Positions 39,714-49,277 of a stretch of DNA of 64,000 bases are shown here, in pieces. The stretch covers positions 2,944,001 to 3,008,000 of the forward strand of contig OZ244034.1 in assembly GCA_965215185.1 (NCBI GenBank), read 5' to 3'. Source of the DNA: Acidimicrobiia bacterium. GTDB taxonomy: Bacteria; Actinomycetota; Acidimicrobiia; Spongiisociales; ZC4RG35. Under the pieces are notes generated by a model. The model had not been told where the DNA came from and ran no database searches. It saw only the letters and a list, made by a program, of their open reading frames with translations. The first letter of the stretch is position 1; each line of letters begins with the position of its first letter. Made by a program: the position numbers and the translations under genes.

Positions 39714-40072
39714 CCCCTCTGTCCGCAACGCTAAGTCGCGAACGTCGGTGTGGGTTTGTTCCCTGTTGGGTTCCCTCCCCCGCCGCCTCCTTGCCGTTGT
39801 TTCGCGAATTGTCCAGGTTGGGTGGGGCTAGTGTTTCGCAGTTTGGTTGTTCCGGTCCGGGTGAGTTCGGGTGTTCGGATCCGGTGGGTGTTTGGTAACT
39901 TCCCATCCACCCAACATACAACAACCCTGTGACAAGACGACTGAAACACATCGCAAGCCACCCTAAACGCATGCAATATACTTGCGGCGTAGGGCCTTGG
40001 GCGGGCCAGGAATGGATCTCGCTGGGTTGGGGCCAGGTATGGGACCGGCGCATCCCGATCCGGGCCAAACTC

Positions 40073-41566
40073 CTATTTACGCCATACAGAGGGAATGGCC
40101 AACACCAGGATGGGGAGAATCTCAAGGCGCCCGACGATCATCAAAAAGGACAAGAGCCACTTGCCCGGAATCGAGACCAGCGCGTAGTTGGTGGCGGGTC
40201 CTACGTCTCCCAAGCCGGGTCCGATGTTCCCCAGGCTGGCCACGACCGCCGATATGGAGGAAACAGTGTCGGAGGACCCGAAGGAAAGCTCAATGGTGCT
40301 GAACAGGACCGTGCCCATCCCTAGGAGGAACATGTACAACACGAAGAAGGAAAAGATACCCCTGATGAAGTTGATCGAAACAACTTGTTTGTTGAGTCGC
40401 ACCAAGAACATTCCCTGGGGATGGATGACCCGGCGCAACTCGGTGAAGGCGGTGTGTGCCAGAATCTTGATCCGAAAGCTCTTGATTCCTCCCGCGGTTG
40501 ATCCGGCCATGCCTCCCACCGTCATCAGAATCAGTATCAGGATTTGCAATGGCGGTATCCAGGCTCCGAAATCGGCAGTGCTGTACCCGGTGGTGGTCAC
40601 CATTGACACTGCGGTGAAGGTGCCGTCCCGGACGGCCTCCTCCCACTCGGTTCCCTGATTGGCCAGGGCGATGGCCAGAAAGGCTGCGGCGATCAACACC
40701 ACCACGGCGTAGACCCTGAACTCCTCATGCCGCAAATACCGGGTGGGGTTGAGAAGCGCCCGGTAGTGGAGGGAGAACGAGACTCCCGCCATGGCCATGA
40801 ATACGATGATGACCCATTGGGTGTAGGGGCTGAACCCGGTGATGGAAGTGGCCTCCGTGCCGAATCCCCCCGTGGACATGGTGGTCAGAGAATGGTTTAC
40901 GGCCTGAAACAGATCCATGTCGCCTGCCCAGAGCAGCATCAAGACCTCCAGGCAGGTAAGCGCCACATAGATGATCCATAGTCGCTTGGCGGTGTCCTGG
41001 AAACGGGGAGTGAGGCGATCGGGACTCCCCCCAGGAGACTCGGCACGGGCCAGTTCCACCCCACCAACTCCCAGCAGAGGCAAAACCGCCACGAACAGCA
41101 CGATTATCCCCATGCCTCCCAACCATTGGGTTAGTGACCGCCAAAAGAGTATCCCATGAGAAAGTTGGCTCGGGTCGAGCACCAGGGAGGCGCCGGTGGT
41201 TGTGAACCCGGAGACCGTTTCAAAAAAGGCGTTTGTTACCTCGGGGATGGCGCCTGTGAACAGATAGGGGAGAGTGCCGCACACCGACATCATCAGCCAG
41301 GCGATCCCCACGCCCGCGAACCCTGCCCGGGTGGTCAAGGTGGTGGGCTTTTCCACCGACCAGCGCAACAATGCTCCGCCAGCCACCGTCACTGCCGCGG
41401 CTGCCCCTATAGCTCTGGCATCCGAGAACTCACCGTAAAGAAGCGATACACTGGCGGCCAAAAACATCGCCAGGCCCACGGCAATGGCGGTGATGCCGGT
41501 GATCAGCAGGATGGAGGCCAACATCCCACGGCGACCCATCCAGCCCACCGCGGCGGTGAGTTTCAT
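40073..41566 (-). CDS. trkH: Trk potassium uptake permease
   Basis: FETVSGFTTTGAS, QWLGGMG, STGGF, TTTGY, GSTAGGIK, GNIGPGLG, GRLE. Confidence 0.95.
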   Translation of the reverse strand: MKLTAAVGWMGRRGMLASILLITGITAIAVGLAMFLAASVSLLYGEFSDARAIGAAAAVTVAGGALLRWSVEKPTTLTTRAGFAGVGIAWLMMSVCGTLPYLFTGAIPEVTNAFFETVSGFTTTGASLVLDPSQLSHGILFWRSLTQWLGGMGIIVLFVAVLPLLGVGGVELARAESPGGSPDRLTPRFQDTAKRLWIIYVALTCLEVLMLLWAGDMDLFQAVNHSLTTMSTGGFGTEATSITGFSPYTQWVIIVFMAMAGVSFSLHYRALLNPTRYLRHEEFRVYAVVVLIAAAFLAIALANQGTEWEEAVRDGTFTAVSMVTTTGYSTADFGAWIPPLQILILILMTVGGMAGSTAGGIKSFRIKILAHTAFTELRRVIHPQGMFLVRLNKQVVSINFIRGIFSFFVLYMFLLGMGTVLFSTIELSFGSSDTVSSISAVVASLGNIGPGLGDVGPATNYALVSIPGKWLLSFLMIVGRLEILPILVLAIPSVWRK

Positions 41567-42912
41567 GTCTCTTTCCCGTGAAACAGATTTTCTATTTCGG
41601 TGATGTGGTCAGGGAGACTAAACACGACGATCCGGTCTCTGGGTCGGATGACGGTATCGCCGCGGGGGAGTATCGGGGTCTTCTTGCGCACGATTCCCCC
41701 TACTATCGATCCCGCAGGAAGGTTGATGTCCACCAACCTCCGGCCGGCCACCGGGCTCTCATTGGAAATGTCCAACTCGATCGCCTCCGCGTCCGAGTCA
41801 CTGAAAGTCACCACCGAGTGAACGACTCCCCGGCGGACATAACGGAGAATGCTTCCCGCCGCCAGCAGACGAGGGGAAACAGCGGCGTCGATGCCCCTCC
41901 CTTCCAGCAGTCCCACATAGTGGGGATTGTTTAGGCGGGCTACCGCCATGGGGGCGCCCAGCGCCTTGGCGACCATACATATCAGGGCATTGGTGGCGTC
42001 GTCGTCGGAGAGCGCCAGGAGGGCGTCTCTGTCTCCCATATCCAGCCGCCCCAAAGTTTTGGGATCGGCCGGATCGTCGAATATGGACAACACCCGGGGT
42101 TCGGCGTCGGCCACCATCCGGCAGAAGTTATGATCGGCGGAGATGAAGACCACCGATAACCACGACTCCCGCAGTTTGCGGATGGCCACTCTGGCCAACC
42201 GTGAATCTCCGGTCACCACCACCCGGTTGGCCAAACGAGTCTTGATGCCCAACAACTTGGCGGCGAACCGGACGTTGCGGGGCTCCACCATCATCAGCAC
42301 ATGGTCGCCTTCCAGAACCTGCGTGGCACCCTTGGGTACGATGGTCTCCCCGTCCCTGATGATCGCCACCACCAAGAAGTCATGCTTGGCGTTGACAGGA
42401 GAAAGCTCTTTGAGGGGTTCGTGCAGAAGGGGAGAAGCGGGTTGGGCGATGGCGCCCACCAACAGCAACCTTCCTTCGGCGAACTCCCAATGCTCAGAAA
42501 GTCCGCTCAGTCGGACCAACCGGACCAGCTCGTCGGCGGTGGCGTCATCGGGATCGATGACCGCCTTAACACCCATGCTGTGCAATCCCGACCTCAAGCC
42601 TGAATCGGAGATGCGAGCGACCGTCTGCTTGATGCCCAGGGTGGTTGCCGAGTGACAGGCCAAGGCATTGACCCCATCCTGGTCGGTAACGGCGATCAAC
42701 AGATCCACCGGGTCACCCACAGCCGCTATGGCTTCTTTCAACATTCCCTGGGCGGCCCCGTTGCCGGTGACGGTTAACACGTCCGATCGCGAATTGAGGA
42801 CTTCGGCGGTTTGGGGATTCTTTTCAACGACCACCACATGTTGGCCATCGGCGGAAAAGCGCTCGGCTAAGTAGCTGCCAACTGCTCCCGCCCCCACGAT
42901 GATGATTTTCAT
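41563..42912 (-). CDS. trkA: Trk potassium uptake NAD-binding subunit (true start ATG 42912, not 43395)
   Basis: MKIIIVGAGAVG Rossmann start; two RCK-N/RCK-C repeats; overlaps trkH start. Confidence 0.93.
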   Translation of the reverse strand: MKIIIVGAGAVGSYLAERFSADGQHVVVVEKNPQTAEVLNSRSDVLTVTGNGAAQGMLKEAIAAVGDPVDLLIAVTDQDGVNALACHSATTLGIKQTVARISDSGLRSGLHSMGVKAVIDPDDATADELVRLVRLSGLSEHWEFAEGRLLLVGAIAQPASPLLHEPLKELSPVNAKHDFLVVAIIRDGETIVPKGATQVLEGDHVLMMVEPRNVRFAAKLLGIKTRLANRVVVTGDSRLARVAIRKLRESWLSVVFISADHNFCRMVADAEPRVLSIFDDPADPKTLGRLDMGDRDALLALSDDDATNALICMVAKALGAPMAVARLNNPHYVGLLEGRGIDAAVSPRLLAAGSILRYVRRGVVHSVVTFSDSDAEAIELDISNESPVAGRRLVDINLPAGSIVGGIVRKKTPILPRGDTVIRPRDRIVVFSLPDHITEIENLFHGKET

Positions 42913-43022
42913 TGCGTGTCTACTGAGTTTACAGGGCTGAGAGGGGACGCTCTTCCCCAGATTGTCGGCACACGCGGCCGCGTTAGGTAGACTATGCGGC
43001 TCCCGCACCAGGGGAGTTCCCC

Positions 43023-43886
43023 ATTCCTGACCCGTTCGAGTCCCCACAAGTAATAGCCGACGCCCTGGCAGATCAGGGTTATCTGGCCTCCGAGCGGATC
43101 TCCCAAGTGATCTTTCTGGCGACGCGTTTGAACAAGCCCGTTCTCGCTGAAGGTCCGGCCGGAGTGGGGAAAACCGAGTTGGCGAAGGCGCTGGCGTCCG
43201 CATCCGGGCGGAAACTGGTTCGCTTGCAGTGCTACGAGGGACTCGACGAATCCAAGGCGCTGTACGAGTGGAACTATCGCAAACAGTTGCTGCGCATTTC
43301 CGCCGACCCATCGTCGGGGTGGGGGGAGATGGAGGGGGACATATTCTCGGACAGCTTCCTGCTGGCCCGGCCTCTGTTGACGGCCATCTCCTCACCGGAT
43401 CCAGTGGTCTTACTGGTAGATGAAATCGACCGAGTTGAGATGGAGACCGAAGCGTTGCTATTGGAAGTGCTTTCCGAATTCCAGATCACCATCCCCGAAT
43501 TGGGGACGATAAAGGCCGATTCACAGCCGCTGGTGATTCTGACTTCCAACAACACCCGTGAACTCTCCGAAGCGCTGCGCCGCCGTTGCCTCTTTCTGCA
43601 CATTCCCTATCCCAGTCCTGAACGGGAGCGGGCCATCCTGCTGGCGCGGGCGCCGGGTCTTCCCGGGGCGCTGGCGGAGTCGATCGCCCAAGTGGCCCGG
43701 AGCCTGCGGGGAATGGCTCTCAAGAAACCCCCCTCGGTTTCGGAGACCATCGACTGGGCGAGGACCCTGTTGACTCTGGGGGTGGAGAGAATTGATCAGG
43801 AATTCTTTTCCGAAACCGCTCACGTACTTCTCAAGTATCAGGCCGACATAGACCTGGCCCGTAAGGAATTGGCCACCGATGGCTGA
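43023..43886 (+). CDS. MoxR/CoxD-like AAA+ ATPase (probable non-canonical ATT start at 43023; first GTG at 43107)
   Basis: EGPAGVGKT, RLQCYEGLD...LYEWNY.KQLL, LLVDEID, TSNNTRELSEALRRRC. Confidence 0.9.
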   Translation: MPDPFESPQVIADALADQGYLASERISQVIFLATRLNKPVLAEGPAGVGKTELAKALASASGRKLVRLQCYEGLDESKALYEWNYRKQLLRISADPSSGWGEMEGDIFSDSFLLARPLLTAISSPDPVVLLVDEIDRVEMETEALLLEVLSEFQITIPELGTIKADSQPLVILTSNNTRELSEALRRRCLFLHIPYPSPERERAILLARAPGLPGALAESIAQVARSLRGMALKKPPSVSETIDWARTLLTLGVERIDQEFFSETAHVLLKYQADIDLARKELATDG

Positions 43887-43892
43887 TATAGG

Positions 43893-45359
43893 GTGCTGAG
43901 CCTCCTCACCGACTTTGTGGAGGAGCTGCGGACCGCCGGGGTTCCCGTCTCGACGGTGGAGACGATCGACGCAATGGGCGCTCTGGAAGTGGTCGATTTG
44001 GCGGATCGCAACGCCCTCAAATCCGCTTTGAGCGCCACGATGGTGAAGTCTGCTCGGTACCTGGAAGCCTTCGACACCGCTTTTGAGGTGTTCTTCGCCC
44101 TCAACCGCCCCCCACCTCCGGCGGAGACGGAGCCGGCTCCCCAGGACGTGCCCGCTGATGGAACATCCCAGATGGGGTCGGCGGGTGGGTCGGGTTCTCT
44201 GGCCGAGGCGCTGGCTGCCGCTCTGGGCAGCTACGACTGGGGAGCATTGCGCCGCTTGGTGGAACAGGCGGTGAACGAGTTGGCAAGTATGACCTCCGGT
44301 CGCCCGGTGGGAGGCGCCTATTACCTTTATCGCACCCTGCGCCGCCTCGATCTGGATTTGCTGCGGGAGATGCTGGCGGAACTGGTGGAGCAGCGAGGTT
44401 CCCATCCCGGGTTGAGCGGGGATGCCCTGGAGGACCATCTTCGCACCGAAGAGGTGAACGCGCTGATAGAACGACTTCGGAGGGAATTGATGGCGGAGAT
44501 ACGGCGACGGCTGGTGGCGGACCGGGGAAGACACCCGGTGGCGGCCACCCTGCGGGCCCCGCCGCTGGAAGAACTGGATCTCATGCATGCCTCCGAGTCC
44601 CAACTGCGTCGCATCGAAGATCTGATAGGGCCACTCACTCGCAAGCTGGCAGCCCGGCTGGCCCGGCGCGACCTTCACCGCCGGCGGGGTCGTCTTGATT
44701 TCCGTCGCACGGTCCGCGCCTCTCTGGCCACCGGCGGGGTTCCCCTGGACATACGTTTTCGTTCCAACCGTCGCTTCCGCCCTGAGATTGTTCTGTTGTG
44801 CGACGTTTCCGGCTCGATGGCGACATTCGCCCGTTTCACTCTTCAATTCACCTACGCCATGTCGGCCCGTTTCTCCAGTCTGCGGGCCTTTGCTTTCGTA
44901 GACGGGGTGGACGAGATAACCGATCTGCTCACTCCCGGGCTTCGATTTGGGGTGGTGGCCCAGCGGATCTTCTCGGAAGCCGAGGTGGTGGAATTGGATG
45001 GCCACTCCGACTATGGAAACGCACTAACGCGGTTCTCCGACCGGTATGGCAGCGAACTGACCCCCCGTTCCACCGTGATTATCGCCGGCGATGCCCGCAA
45101 CAACTATCGGGACTTCGATACAGAGGCTCTGGCGAAGGCGGCGGCGACCGTGGAGGCCATCTATTGGCTGAACCCTGAACCTCGAGCCTATTGGGACACG
45201 GGAGACTCCCTGATGTCCAAGATGGGCGCCTACTGCACCGAAGTGTATGAGGTGAGGAACCTTTCCCAGTTGGAGAGCTTTGTAGAAAGGCTGGCCGACC
45301 ACCGCCGCCAACCGCCCACCCGGCGGATCAGACGGTCAGTTGCCCCAAGCGTTCGATGA
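43893..45359 (+). CDS. CoxE-like VWA domain protein
   Basis: F..ELR.AGVPVS, GRLDFRRTVRASL.TGG, CDVSGSM (MIDAS), GDARNNY, WLNPEP...W.TGDS. Confidence 0.9.
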   Translation: MLSLLTDFVEELRTAGVPVSTVETIDAMGALEVVDLADRNALKSALSATMVKSARYLEAFDTAFEVFFALNRPPPPAETEPAPQDVPADGTSQMGSAGGSGSLAEALAAALGSYDWGALRRLVEQAVNELASMTSGRPVGGAYYLYRTLRRLDLDLLREMLAELVEQRGSHPGLSGDALEDHLRTEEVNALIERLRRELMAEIRRRLVADRGRHPVAATLRAPPLEELDLMHASESQLRRIEDLIGPLTRKLAARLARRDLHRRRGRLDFRRTVRASLATGGVPLDIRFRSNRRFRPEIVLLCDVSGSMATFARFTLQFTYAMSARFSSLRAFAFVDGVDEITDLLTPGLRFGVVAQRIFSEAEVVELDGHSDYGNALTRFSDRYGSELTPRSTVIIAGDARNNYRDFDTEALAKAAATVEAIYWLNPEPRAYWDTGDSLMSKMGAYCTEVYEVRNLSQLESFVERLADHRRQPPTRRIRRSVAPSVR

Positions 45360-46341
45360 GGTCGACCACTCGATTCGAATAGCCCCATTCGTTGTCATAC
45401 CAGGCCAGAACCTTTACAAGGTTGGAACCAAGCACTGCAGTGCCCCCGGCGTCGAACACACTGGAATGGGGGTTGCCGATGATGTCGGAGGAAACTACCG
45501 GCGCCTCGGTGTACTGGACTATTCCGGACAAAGGACCTGCCGCCGCCTCCCGAACCGTTTCGTTGATTTCCTCGACGGTGACTTCCTCCTTTAGCTCTAC
45601 CACCAAGTCCACTAGGGAACCGTCGGCCACCGGCACCCGCATCGCCATTCCGTCGAGCTTGCCCTCTAACTGGGGTAGAACCTTTCCCACTGCTTTGGCA
45701 GCCCCGGTGGTGGTGGGAATGATGTTCTCGGTGGCCGCCCGGCTGCGGCGGAGGTCGGCGTGCGGCACGTCGGCCAGTCGCTGATCATTGGTGTAAGCGT
45801 GGACGGTGGTCATTAGGCCCCGCCTGATTCCGTAGCGATCATCGAGGATCTTGGCGATGGGGGCGAGACAGTTGGTTGTGCAAGAGGCGTTAGAGATGAG
45901 GGCGTCATCCGGTCCAAGTAGGTGATCGTTCACGCCCAGGACCACGGTCAAGTCCAGAGGGTCTTTGGGAGGAACTGTGAGGACCACCCGCTCTGCACCC
46001 GCCTCCAGGTGTTTGGTCAAGGCGTCTCGGGTGCGGAAGACTCCGGTGGACTCCACCACCACATTGACCCCGAGTTCTTTCCACGGCAGCCGGGCAGGGT
46101 CTCGCTCGCACAGCATGTGGATCCGATGTCCGCCCACTGACATCACGCCCTCAGATAGGTCTATCTCTTCCTCCAGAGGGCCCATCACTGAGTCGTAGCG
46201 CAGGAGATAGGCCAGCACATCATCGTCGGCCAGATCGTTGACCGCCACCACCTCCAGATCGGGAATATCACGCTCGATCAGGATGCGCAGCACCGACCGC
46301 CCGATCCTGCCGAAGCCGTTGATCGCCACTCTGAACTTCAT
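45328..46341 (-). CDS. gap: Type I glyceraldehyde-3-phosphate dehydrogenase (intact active site)
   Basis: MKFRVAINGFGRIGR, SNASCTTNCLAP, TTVHAYT, WYDNEWGYS. Confidence 0.97.
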   Translation of the reverse strand: MKFRVAINGFGRIGRSVLRILIERDIPDLEVVAVNDLADDDVLAYLLRYDSVMGPLEEEIDLSEGVMSVGGHRIHMLCERDPARLPWKELGVNVVVESTGVFRTRDALTKHLEAGAERVVLTVPPKDPLDLTVVLGVNDHLLGPDDALISNASCTTNCLAPIAKILDDRYGIRRGLMTTVHAYTNDQRLADVPHADLRRSRAATENIIPTTTGAAKAVGKVLPQLEGKLDGMAMRVPVADGSLVDLVVELKEEVTVEEINETVREAAAGPLSGIVQYTEAPVVSSDIIGNPHSSVFDAGGTAVLGSNLVKVLAWYDNEWGYSNRVVDLIERLGQLTV

Positions 46342-47345
46342 AAGCCACTCATCCTCTCCAGCACTTCCACGATGCGCCTGGAATAGCCCCACCCGTTGTT
46401 GTACCAGGTCACCGTCTTGGTCAGGTGGTCGTCCATGACCATGGTTGTCAGGCTGTCAAACACCGCCGACTCGGAGGCCCCGGTGACGTCCGAAGACACG
46501 ATGGGATCGGTAGAGTATTCGACGATTCCCTGGTAGCGAGTCTCACAAGCTTGGCGGACAGCCCGGTTCACCTGTGCAACATCCACCGGGCTCTCCAATT
46601 CGGCCACCAGGTCGACAGTGGAGCCGTCCACTACCGGGACATTGAGGGCCAGGGAACTCAGCTTCCCTGCGAATTCCGGCCGGGCGGCTACCAGTATTTC
46701 GGTGGTGTTGGTGGTGGAGGGAATGATATTGTCAGCCGCAGCCCGGCTAGAACGAAAGCCGGAGGTGGGCACGTCGGCCAGACGCTGGGCGTTGGTTATG
46801 GCATGGACGCTGGTGAAAAAGGCCCGCCGCAATCCGAAGTTGTCCGCCAGAGTCCACAGGATGGGTGCCAGGGCATTAGATGTATTGGAGCCGAGGGCAA
46901 TCACCTCAGTGTCGGGCTGGAGGAGGTGGTCGTTAACTCCCCGCAGCAGAATGGGAATCTCGCCCAAAGTCTGGGGCGTTGATGCCAGGACGACACCCCG
47001 GGCCCCGGCAGCGATGTGACGACGGCATTCCTCTCTGGTGTGGCGGCGTCCGGTGGATTGCACGACCAGCGAAACTCCCAAATCACCCCAATCCGCATCT
47101 CCGGGGTCCCGGGCGGCGATGAGAGGCGTTGACTGTTCACCAACCAACAGGGAACCATCCCGGTAGGCAACCGGCTCAGGGAACCGGCCATAGATGGAAT
47201 CGTATTTCAGCAGGTAGGCCAAAGCGAGGGGATCGGCCACATCGGCGATGGCTCCCACTTCCAAGAACGGGTGACCTCCGAGCATGCGGAAGACATTGCG
47301 CCCGATCCTCCCGAATCCCATAAGGGCAACTTTGACCTTTTTCAA
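46338..47345 (-). CDS. GAPDH-like paralog lacking the catalytic cysteine
   Basis: GFGRIGR, LLKYDSIYG, TSVHAIT, WYNNGWGYS, but ALGSNTSNALAP at the SCTTNC position; TTG start after AGGAAG. Confidence 0.9.
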   Translation of the reverse strand: MKKVKVALMGFGRIGRNVFRMLGGHPFLEVGAIADVADPLALAYLLKYDSIYGRFPEPVAYRDGSLLVGEQSTPLIAARDPGDADWGDLGVSLVVQSTGRRHTREECRRHIAAGARGVVLASTPQTLGEIPILLRGVNDHLLQPDTEVIALGSNTSNALAPILWTLADNFGLRRAFFTSVHAITNAQRLADVPTSGFRSSRAAADNIIPSTTNTTEILVAARPEFAGKLSSLALNVPVVDGSTVDLVAELESPVDVAQVNRAVRQACETRYQGIVEYSTDPIVSSDVTGASESAVFDSLTTMVMDDHLTKTVTWYNNGWGYSRRIVEVLERMSGL

Positions 47346-47460
47346 AGGCTTCCTTCCGATGAACGTCTCCTGCCAACTCAAATTTAGTGCAATATGGATA
47401 ATCAGAATCCAAGGAGAGGAGGAAGGGGCACAAAAGCTGGGGTAGGACTTGAAATGCCAA

Positions 47461-47494
47461 TGCGGGATAGGTCATCTTGCGGGATAGGTCATCT
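47461..47494. repeat. Perfect 2 x 17-bp tandem duplication
   Basis: tgcgggataggtcatct tgcgggataggtcatct. Confidence 0.9.
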
Positions 47495-47501
47495 TGTAGG
47501 G

Positions 47502-48021
47502 GTGAAGAGTCACTTTTGGTTTCGGGTGGGATGGTGGGTGACTCTGGCAGCCGCCTTTTCGACGTCGTCCTTCTCCCAGGCATGGGCCGGGCCGCGCTGT
47601 GAGATACCCTCGATGCCCCCGGTACCGGGAGAGGTGATTCGTAACTTCGCTCCTCATCGCCAACCAGGCCACTGGGGTGTGGATCTGGCCTCACCGCCGT
47701 CCGGGGTGGTGCGGGCACCGGTTTCGGGGACGGCCACCTTTGTGGGGCTGGTGGCCGGAAGGAAATCGGTAACCATCACCCCCCACCCCCGGGTGAGGGT
47801 GAGCCTCTTCTATCTGTCGAAGTCGTCGGTGCTTCCCGGCCAACGGATAGCGGTTGGAGCCTTACTGGGGCGGTCGGGTGAGGATCGCGGGTTTTCCGCG
47901 GTGCACCTGTCGATGTGAGTGGATGGGCGGTACCGGGGACCCTCAACCCACCCTGGACTGCGACAGATCGGCTGACAGTGTCTGGGGAAGGCTCAAGCTT
48001 CTGTCCCAGCAGGGCAGGTGA
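47502..48021 (+). pseudogene. M23 family peptidase, disrupted (premature TGA 47916-47918 plus a frameshift in a G run)
   Basis: GHWGVDL, VRAPVSG.A.FVG.VAG, VHLSM*VDGRY then shifted RDPQPTLDC...RLKLL. Confidence 0.7.
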
Positions 48022-48060
48022 CTGGAGTCCGCCTCAGATGTCGCGGCTAAGGTAGAAGGT

Positions 48061-48645
48061 GTGATAAGAGGCGTGTTGGGTGGTACTTTCGATCCTCCCC
48101 ACCTGGCTCATCTGGTGTTGGCGGAAGCTGCTTACCGGCAACTGGGGATTGCAGCGGTGGAATTCATCCCCACCGGAAACCCCTATTGGAAATCCTCCCC
48201 TCCACCCACGGCGGCCCATCACCGGCTGGAGATGATCAAACTCGCCACGGCCTGCGTTCCCTATTTCACTGTCAACGAATGTGAAGTTCGGCGGGACGGG
48301 CCCAGCTACATGGCGGACACCTTGCATGCCTTCCCCGCCGGTGATGAAATCTATCTGATTCTGGGCGCCGACGCCGCCCGCGGACTGTCCACTTGGAAGC
48401 GGTGGGAAGAGGTCATCGGGCGAGTCTGTCTGGCGGTGGCCTCCCGACCGGGAACCGATTTGGAGAAACTTGAGGCGGCGGTCGGACCCGTAGCTGTGTG
48501 GCTGGACATCCCTCGGTTGGACATAAGCTCCGAGCAGGTGCGGAGGCTGGGGCGGGCCGGGCGAAGCATCCGCTTCCTGGTCCCCGAAGCCGTCTGCGAA
48601 TACATCGCCGAAAAGGGGCTGTATGCATCGGAGGGCGGCTTATGA
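48061..48645 (+). CDS. nadD: Nicotinate-nucleotide adenylyltransferase
   Basis: GGTFDPPHLAH, SY..DTL, ILGAD, ISS..VR, YI..KGLY. Confidence 0.95.
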   Translation: MIRGVLGGTFDPPHLAHLVLAEAAYRQLGIAAVEFIPTGNPYWKSSPPPTAAHHRLEMIKLATACVPYFTVNECEVRRDGPSYMADTLHAFPAGDEIYLILGADAARGLSTWKRWEEVIGRVCLAVASRPGTDLEKLEAAVGPVAVWLDIPRLDISSEQVRRLGRAGRSIRFLVPEAVCEYIAEKGLYASEGGL

Positions 48646-49061
48646 TAAGAGGGATTCCCGATCCCCAAGGGGGTGGTTCAGTAGAGACGCAAGAAGCCGT
48701 TCGGCTCGTCGCCGATGTGCTGTTTGAGAAGAAGGCCTCCGACATCGTATTGCTTCGGGTGGGAGAGGCGATAGGCATCACCGATGTCTTCGTGATCGCC
48801 ACCGGGCGGTCCCGGCCCCATATCCAAAGCCTCGCTTTGGAGTTGAAAAAGCGTCTTCGAGAAAAAGGACTGCGGCGGATGGGGGAGGAAGGTCTGGCCC
48901 AAGCCGAATGGGTGCTGTTGGACTACGGAGATTTCGTGATACACATCTTCTCTCCCGACCACCGTCAGTATTACGGCCTGGAACGCCTGTGGGGAGACGC
49001 TCCCGAGGTTCCCTGGTCGGCGCCGATCACCGAATCCGTGTCCGAACTCACTTCGGCTTGA
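48642..49061 (+). CDS. rsfS: Ribosome silencing factor (Iojap)
   Basis: EKKASDIV, TDVFVIATG, WVLLDYGDFVIHIF...R.YYGLERLW.DAP. Confidence 0.95.
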   Translation: MIRGIPDPQGGGSVETQEAVRLVADVLFEKKASDIVLLRVGEAIGITDVFVIATGRSRPHIQSLALELKKRLREKGLRRMGEEGLAQAEWVLLDYGDFVIHIFSPDHRQYYGLERLWGDAPEVPWSAPITESVSELTSA

Positions 49062-49080
49062 TATATACTTCAAGGATTCT

Positions 49081-49154
49081 GGGGCTGTAGCTCAGCTTGG
49101 AAGAGCGCTTGCATGGCATGCAAGAGGCCACGGGTTCAAGTCCCGTCAGCTCCA
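49081..49154 (+). tRNA. tRNA-Ala(GGC)
   Basis: GGGGCTGTAGCTCAGCTTGG...CTTGC-AT-GGC-AT-GCAAG...GGTTCAAGTCCCGTCAGCTCCA. Confidence 0.95.
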
Positions 49155-49277
49155 CAGCTATGATGTGGTGGTTGCCCAGGTCAGAGTGGCAATTGGGGCG
49201 GTGTGTTGGGGGTGAATACCACTTGGGGTGTCGGTTTTTGTTGCGGGTTGGTTCGAGGGTTGTGTGGGGGGTGTTGG

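Noticed and set aside
42913-43395. Apparent 160-aa N-terminal extension of TrkA
   Set aside because: Overlaps the divergent AAA ATPase; the Rossmann motif MKIIIVGAG marks the real start at 42912
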